Shown here piece after piece: positions 59,086 to 64,000 of a DNA stretch of 64,000 nucleotides (the stretch's first letter is position 1; each line of letters starts with the position of its first letter). The position numbers were made by a program, and so were the translations under genes. The notes under the pieces were generated by a model, which saw nothing but the letters and a program-made list of their open reading frames with translations, was not told where the DNA came from and made no database searches. Origin of the DNA: Gemmatimonadota bacterium (GTDB lineage Bacteria; Gemmatimonadota; Gemmatimonadetes; Gemmatimonadales; GWC2-71-9); assembly GCA_039588295.1 (NCBI GenBank), contig JBDHAB010000001.1:128001-192000 (forward strand), written 5' to 3'.

Positions 59086-59334
59086 ATGACGGCTGGCACA
59101 CCTGACCCTGCCGGCGCCGCAGCGCGGCCGTATCCCGCGGACTGGGAAAGCGTCGCGGAGCTGCGCGTGTTCAGGACCACCGAGCAGCGTTGGCAACGGC
59201 TCATCGGCTGGCGAGCGGAGATGCTGCGCAAGGGTTGGAAGCTCTTGCGGGTAAACGCGCAGGGCGGCGAGCTGGTTGCCGTCTTCGGCCGCACCAAGGA
59301 CGTCCTTCTAGAACGACAGGGAGTATCCTCATGA
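59086..59334 (+). CDS. hypothetical protein (82 aa)
   Basis: Its stop overlaps the next ATG (ATGA). Protein-like sequence WESVAELRVFRTT...GWKLLRV. Confidence 0.65.
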   Translation: MTAGTPDPAGAAARPYPADWESVAELRVFRTTEQRWQRLIGWRAEMLRKGWKLLRVNAQGGELVAVFGRTKDVLLERQGVSS

Positions 59335-60188
59335 GCGCACCACATCGATCCTGGCGGCCCTACCGCCACTTTGCCCTCGCACTGCTCTCCGCGTCGTGGG
59401 CATGCGGGACGTCCGCAACTGGAGGCGGCGCAGCCTCGACACCGGCTCCAGAGGCGGTCACACGGTTCACGTACCGCCCGTTCGATGTGACGTACGAAGT
59501 CCGCTCGCACACCAGCGTCGAGCAGGAAATGGGCGGACAGGTCAGCGTTAACGACTTCCACCTGCGGTACTTCTTGAGCGCGGTCACCGTGCCTGCCGGC
59601 GACGCTGCCAGTCTGACACTCACCGTGGACTCGATTCCGGAGGGGCAAGCCCCCGGGTTGACGCGCGCGGATTTCGATGCAGCTGCCGGCGCCACATTCA
59701 CCGGCGTCCTCACGCCGGACGGCCAGACGCTGGACTTCGAGGCTCCAGACAGCGGCAACCGACTGGTGCGCCAATTCTCCGTCGCGTTTGCCCGGTTCTT
59801 CCCTCGTGTTCCAACTGGCGGCGCCGCCCCGGGCGATCGCTGGACAGACACAACGGACGTGTCGACGAAAGAATCGGGTCTCGACATCTACGTGGAGATG
59901 GTCGCCGAACTCGAGGCCCGTTCCTGGGTCGAGTACGCCGGAGCCCGTGCACTCGAAGTCGCGATCGTGCAGAACTACACGGTCTCAGGCGGCGGAGCGC
60001 AGGGCGGTCAGGACATCACCGTTGACGGTACCGGGGTGCGGCGCGGCTGGCTGTACCTCGGTGCCGACGGTCGCTTCCTGGGCGGTACCTCTGCCGATAC
60101 CTCCGACGCGACCGCAACCGTCGCCGCCATGGGCGCAATCATTCCCATCAGGCAGCTACGCTTCGACACGCTTACGGTCGTGCGGTAG
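59331..60188 (+). CDS. hypothetical lipoprotein
   Basis: RBS GGGAG, signal peptide with SWAC lipobox, and beta-rich mature region. Confidence 0.75.
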   Translation: MSAPHRSWRPYRHFALALLSASWACGTSATGGGAASTPAPEAVTRFTYRPFDVTYEVRSHTSVEQEMGGQVSVNDFHLRYFLSAVTVPAGDAASLTLTVDSIPEGQAPGLTRADFDAAAGATFTGVLTPDGQTLDFEAPDSGNRLVRQFSVAFARFFPRVPTGGAAPGDRWTDTTDVSTKESGLDIYVEMVAELEARSWVEYAGARALEVAIVQNYTVSGGGAQGGQDITVDGTGVRRGWLYLGADGRFLGGTSADTSDATATVAAMGAIIPIRQLRFDTLTVVR

Positions 60189-60197
60189 GGTTCTTCG

Positions 60198-61046
60198 TTG
60201 CCACAACGGAGCGTCGTCGTCCTGGGCCTTACCTGTCTGTGTACGACATTCGCGCAGGCACAGGCGGTCCGGCCCCGGTCGGCGGACTACCTCTTTGCCT
60301 CCACCGCCAACGATGTACGGGCCTTGTGGGTCAACCCCGCGGCGCTTGCTGTGGTGAGCAATGCATCCGTGATGGCGGAGTTCGCGCTGGAGCGACCGGT
60401 TGACGAGGGCCTCAGGCTCGCACAGTGGAGCCTCGCACTCAATACTCGGGGTCTGTCGCTCGGGTACCAACGCGATCGCTTCCCGGGTGCATCCGGGACG
60501 GGTGCGCTGCGCTTCGGGCTCGCCCTCCCGTTTCCCCGTGGCTCACTGGGAGCCAGCTTCACGTTCTATCAGGGGAGTACGGTCGACACCGCGGCTCACC
60601 GCGGGCTCAATATCGGTATCCGCTACCGGATCCTGCCGCCGCTCGGGCTCGCTGCCGTCGTGCAGAACATCGGCCGGCCAGCACCAAGAGGGCAGGTAAC
60701 ACCGGTTACCGGAGTCATGGCACTCAACTGGTACGCGCTGCCTGGTTCCCTGGGCATAGCGGCGGATGTGACAGCGACGGAACGCCTCGGTGCTTCCGGT
60801 TACGACATGAGGTACCGCGGCGGGCTCAGGCTATCGACAACCGGCAGGCTTCCGCTGGGCCTCGTAGCTACGCTGGAGCTGGACAGCGGTTTCGACGTTG
60901 ATCGCTGGGCGGTAGGGATTACCGTTGGCGGTCAGGACCGCGGGATCTTGCTGTGGTCCGGTGTGGCCGCGCCGGTATCAAACACCCTCGATCGACTGAG
61001 TCTCACTGGCGTCAGCCGGCGCCAGCTGACGATTGGAGGGCGGTAG
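60198..61046 (+). CDS. hypothetical secreted/outer-membrane beta-strand protein
   Basis: Signal peptide ...TTFAQAQA, NPAAL motif, and alternating hydrophobic beta strands. Confidence 0.7.
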   Translation: MPQRSVVVLGLTCLCTTFAQAQAVRPRSADYLFASTANDVRALWVNPAALAVVSNASVMAEFALERPVDEGLRLAQWSLALNTRGLSLGYQRDRFPGASGTGALRFGLALPFPRGSLGASFTFYQGSTVDTAAHRGLNIGIRYRILPPLGLAAVVQNIGRPAPRGQVTPVTGVMALNWYALPGSLGIAADVTATERLGASGYDMRYRGGLRLSTTGRLPLGLVATLELDSGFDVDRWAVGITVGGQDRGILLWSGVAAPVSNTLDRLSLTGVSRRQLTIGGR

Positions 61047-61075
61047 GCACAGGACGTGTTCTCTGCCTTATCCCC

Positions 61076-62185
61076 TCAATCGACCAAACGGAGCGGCATT
61101 ACCAAGCAGAGATACGACGCAGGATCATCCCACCCGACTGGCTCGATCGTGGCTGCCCGCTCCGGGGCCTTGAAGGTGAGCCGCACCTCATCGGTCGGCA
61201 TGTACTTCAGAATCTCGAGCAAATACGTCGCGTTGAACCCGATCTCAAGTTGGTCGCCGTCGTAGGTGACGCTGATCTCGTCCTGCGCCTCGCCAAGATC
61301 CGGTGTGCTCACGCTGAGCTTCAGGCTGCCGCCGCTGAACTGCAATCTCACGCGGTGGGTCTGATCGCTCGCCACCACCCCCACGCGGCGGAGCGCACTC
61401 GCCAGCGAGTCCTTCTCCACCGTGCACTCCCGATCGTTGTCCTTCGGGATTACCTGATCGTAATTCGGATAGGGTCCCTCGATGAGACGCGTGAACACCA
61501 GCGTCGTCCCAGTACGGAAGCCTAAGTGGTTATCGCTGCGGGCGATCTCGAGCTCATCCGCCGGTCCAAAGAGCCGGCGGACTTGATCGAGCGCCTTTGG
61601 CGGGACGATCAGGTCCGCGGAGGCGGTCCCGCGAGAGACCGGCACGTCCAGTCTGGCGAGCCGATGCCCGTTGGTCGCCACCATGCGCATCACGTCCGAG
61701 CGCAGTTCCCAAAGCACCCCATTGAGGATGGGCCGGCTCTCCTCCGTGGAGGACGCGAAGCTCACGTGGTTGATGAGCTTCTGAAGGTCGCTCGACGTTA
61801 CGGACCAGCTATCGTCAAAGCTCACCGGTGGAAAGTTCGGGAACTCCTCACGTGGTATTCCGAGCAGCTTGAACCGAGACCGTCCGCACTCCAGGTTCAC
61901 CCGTTGCTCCCCGCTTACGGCAACCCGGATCGCGGCGCTCGGCAATTCGCGTACGATTTCGAGCAGTTTCTTGGCTGGGACCGTCACTGCCCCTTCTGCA
62001 TCCACCTCGGCCGGGACGGTGGTGCTCACCGCGATGTCGAGGTCCGTCCCCGACAGGCGGACACCGTCAGCCGTTGCTTCGACGAGGATGTTGGAAAGAA
62101 CGGGGAGGGTGGTCTTCGATGGCACACTTGCTGCCACCGCTACCAGACCCTCATGTAACCGCTCTCGTGTAATGGTGAACTTCAT
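61076..62185 (-). CDS. dnaN: DNA polymerase III beta clamp
   Basis: MKFTI, TDLD, SRPILNGV, ATNGHRL, LIEGPYPNY, IGFNA.YL, LVMPLR. Confidence 0.97.
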   Translation of the reverse strand: MKFTITRERLHEGLVAVAASVPSKTTLPVLSNILVEATADGVRLSGTDLDIAVSTTVPAEVDAEGAVTVPAKKLLEIVRELPSAAIRVAVSGEQRVNLECGRSRFKLLGIPREEFPNFPPVSFDDSWSVTSSDLQKLINHVSFASSTEESRPILNGVLWELRSDVMRMVATNGHRLARLDVPVSRGTASADLIVPPKALDQVRRLFGPADELEIARSDNHLGFRTGTTLVFTRLIEGPYPNYDQVIPKDNDRECTVEKDSLASALRRVGVVASDQTHRVRLQFSGGSLKLSVSTPDLGEAQDEISVTYDGDQLEIGFNATYLLEILKYMPTDEVRLTFKAPERAATIEPVGWDDPASYLCLVMPLRLVD

Positions 62186-62418
62186 GCTCTGGTCCGCGAA
62201 GTGGATAAAAGAAGCTACGAGTACATTAGTTATTACTATCTAGCAGTGCTAGTAGGGTATCTTGAAACGTTGACAGATGTGCGAACCCCTACGGCAACAG
62301 ATGGTTCGCGCATTTTCCGCCTGTGAATTGCGGTGGACACCTGTGGACGAGCCGTGGAGTGCTGCGTCATAATCGACGCGATCCCACAGTGCTCCACACT
62401 CCTACTGCACATGTTCAC
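62186..62418. other. putative replication origin oriC (dnaA-dnaN intergenic)
   Basis: AT-rich TAG/TAN trio tract at 62227-62255, an array of degenerate DnaA boxes at 62322-62411, and AGTGGATAA at 62200-62208. Confidence 0.75.
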
Positions 62419-63801
62419 TCACTCGACGGTGGCGAGTTCGCGCCGCGCATGCTCGACGCGGTCGCGAAACCGGTTATCGACCTTCATGGACCGTTGCACC
62501 TTGGTCAGACTGTGGATCACGGTTGAGTGATCCCGGCCACCAAATGCCTGGCCGATCTCGACCAGCTGCATCCCGAGGAGTTCGCGGGCCAGATACATGG
62601 CCACTTGCCGGGGAATCGTCAGGGTCTTCGTGCGGGCCTTTGAGCGGAGACCCTCGGGTGTGACGCCCCATCGACGGGCTACGACCTCCTGCACGCGGTC
62701 GACGCTGGGCAGGGCGAGTGGCAGTGCCGTCGCGGTGCCGGTGGCTTGGCGGATCTTGTCGGCGAGGGCCTCGCGAGCAAGATCCGTCGACACCTCACGG
62801 TGCTTCAACGACGCGTAAAGCAACAACTTGATGATGGAGCCCTCGAGCTCGCGGACCGAGCTGCGCACATGTTCGGCGATGAAGCGCAGGACATCGTCCG
62901 GAATCGTGAGCTCAAGGTGATCTTGCTCCGCCTTCTTTCGCAGGATGGCAATGCGGTGCTCGAGGTCAGGCTGGCCGATGTCGGCGACCATGCCCCATTC
63001 GAAGCGGCTGACGAGGCGTGACTCGAGGCCCGGGATCTCCTTGGGCGGCCGGTCTGATGTGAGAACGATCTGCTTCTGGGCTTCATGAAGCGCGTTGAAC
63101 GTGTGGAAGAACTCTTCCTGAGTCATTTCCTTGCCTTCGAGGAAATGCACGTCGTCCACCAAGAAGATGTCGACCTCGTCGCGATACTGGCGCCGAAACT
63201 CGACCATGGTACGGCCGTGAATGCTCTCGATGACGTCATTGATGAACTGCTCCGCCCCCATGTAGACGACCCGGCTGCCCGAGTCCCGCTCCAGTACGGC
63301 GTGGGCGATGGCCTGCATGAGATGGGTCTTGCCCAGTCCCGTGGCCCCGTAAATGAACAGGGGGTTATAGGTCTTTCCGGGAGCTTCAGCGACCGCGTGG
63401 GCCGCGGCGCTCGCCAACTCGTTGGACTTGCCGATTACGAACGTCCGGAAGGAGTAACGCTCATTCAGTGGGCGGGCTGCACCGCTCCGACCGGGTGTTG
63501 CCCTCTGCGTCGGTGCCACGAAGAAGTCCATCTGCGGTCGGCGGGTCCGGTCCTCGTGCACCTGGAAGGCGATCTCCAGGGCGGAACCGAATCGATCCTC
63601 TGCGAGTCGTGTCAGCAGGCCGGTGTGTTTCGACTCATTCCACTCGACCGCGAACTGATCAGGTGCCCCGAGGATGAGACGGCCTTCCTCGAAAGCGATT
63701 GGCTCGAGGGGATCCAACCAGGTCCGCACGGTGGGATCGGGGAGCTCGGAGCGCGCCGCTTCTAGCAGACGAGCCCACGTTTGCTGCGCTGACAAATCCA
63801 T
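62419..63801 (-). CDS. dnaA: chromosomal replication initiator DnaA
   Basis: Motifs YNPLFIYGATGLGKTHL, DDVHFL, QEEFFHTFN, SRFEWG, VRELEG, GGRDHSTVIH. Confidence 0.98.
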   Translation of the reverse strand: MDLSAQQTWARLLEAARSELPDPTVRTWLDPLEPIAFEEGRLILGAPDQFAVEWNESKHTGLLTRLAEDRFGSALEIAFQVHEDRTRRPQMDFFVAPTQRATPGRSGAARPLNERYSFRTFVIGKSNELASAAAHAVAEAPGKTYNPLFIYGATGLGKTHLMQAIAHAVLERDSGSRVVYMGAEQFINDVIESIHGRTMVEFRRQYRDEVDIFLVDDVHFLEGKEMTQEEFFHTFNALHEAQKQIVLTSDRPPKEIPGLESRLVSRFEWGMVADIGQPDLEHRIAILRKKAEQDHLELTIPDDVLRFIAEHVRSSVRELEGSIIKLLLYASLKHREVSTDLAREALADKIRQATGTATALPLALPSVDRVQEVVARRWGVTPEGLRSKARTKTLTIPRQVAMYLARELLGMQLVEIGQAFGGRDHSTVIHSLTKVQRSMKVDNRFRDRVEHARRELATVE

Positions 63802-63860
63802 CGACGTATTTGCGGACGACTGGTAGGGGTTCGATAGGGCTACCGATGCTATTGCCCGGA

Positions 63861-63869
63861 TGTGGAAAA
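63861..63869 (-). promoter_or_regulatory. DnaA box upstream of dnaA
   Basis: TGTGGAAAA equals TTTTCCACA on the other strand and matches TT(A/T)TNCACA. Confidence 0.65.
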
Positions 63870-63934
63870 GTCAACCTTGACCAGGCGCGAGGTCCACGGC
63901 TAGCTTTCCGGCCGCATTTTGAGGGCTTGAAAGC

Positions 63935-64000
63935 ATGAAAAGGACGTATCAGCCGCGCAATCGGCGGCGGACGAGCAAACACGGGTTTCGGGCGCGAATG
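63935..64000 (+). CDS. rpmH: 50S ribosomal protein L34 (partial, runs off the window)
   Basis: MKRTYQPRNRRRTSKHGFRARM, divergent from dnaA. Confidence 0.96.
   Translation, partial: MKRTYQPRNRRRTSKHGFRARM

Noticed and set aside
62511..62519. DnaA-box-like TGTGGATCA inside dnaA
   Set aside because: Explained by codons of the conserved TVIHS protein motif.

Overview
GC-rich bacterial chromosomal DNA around the replication origin. Gene content and order resemble Gemmatimonadota, but this is an inference, not a verified assignment. The right end carries rpmH (partial), dnaA, a putative oriC, dnaN, rnpB, an AraC-type regulator, pyrE, a Ser/Thr kinase, and a GWxTD/lytic transglycosylase/polA/pilin cluster. 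The middle carries a sufR-sufBCDSU operon ending in a truncated Rieske ferredoxin, an orphan anti-sigma factor, an ABC-2 transporter, and mnmG-parS-parS-parA-parB-M23-bactofilin-Nif3-CapA. The left carries queG, a DHS-like synthase, glpD, fadI/fadJ, proline dehydrogenase, rsgA, a fused E1 dehydrogenase, a second kinase and lon (partial). No transposase, integrase, reverse transcriptase, CRISPR array, tRNA or rRNA was recognised. The most unusual structure is a four-unit, ~232-bp tandem array (~26483-27407). Each unit is the last 46 codons of the ABC permease gene plus a ~92-bp hairpin-containing spacer, and the copies show polarised, layered divergence. Also notable are two back-to-back perfect inverted repeats at the pyrE start and a likely rearrangement junction that truncates the suf Rieske gene.
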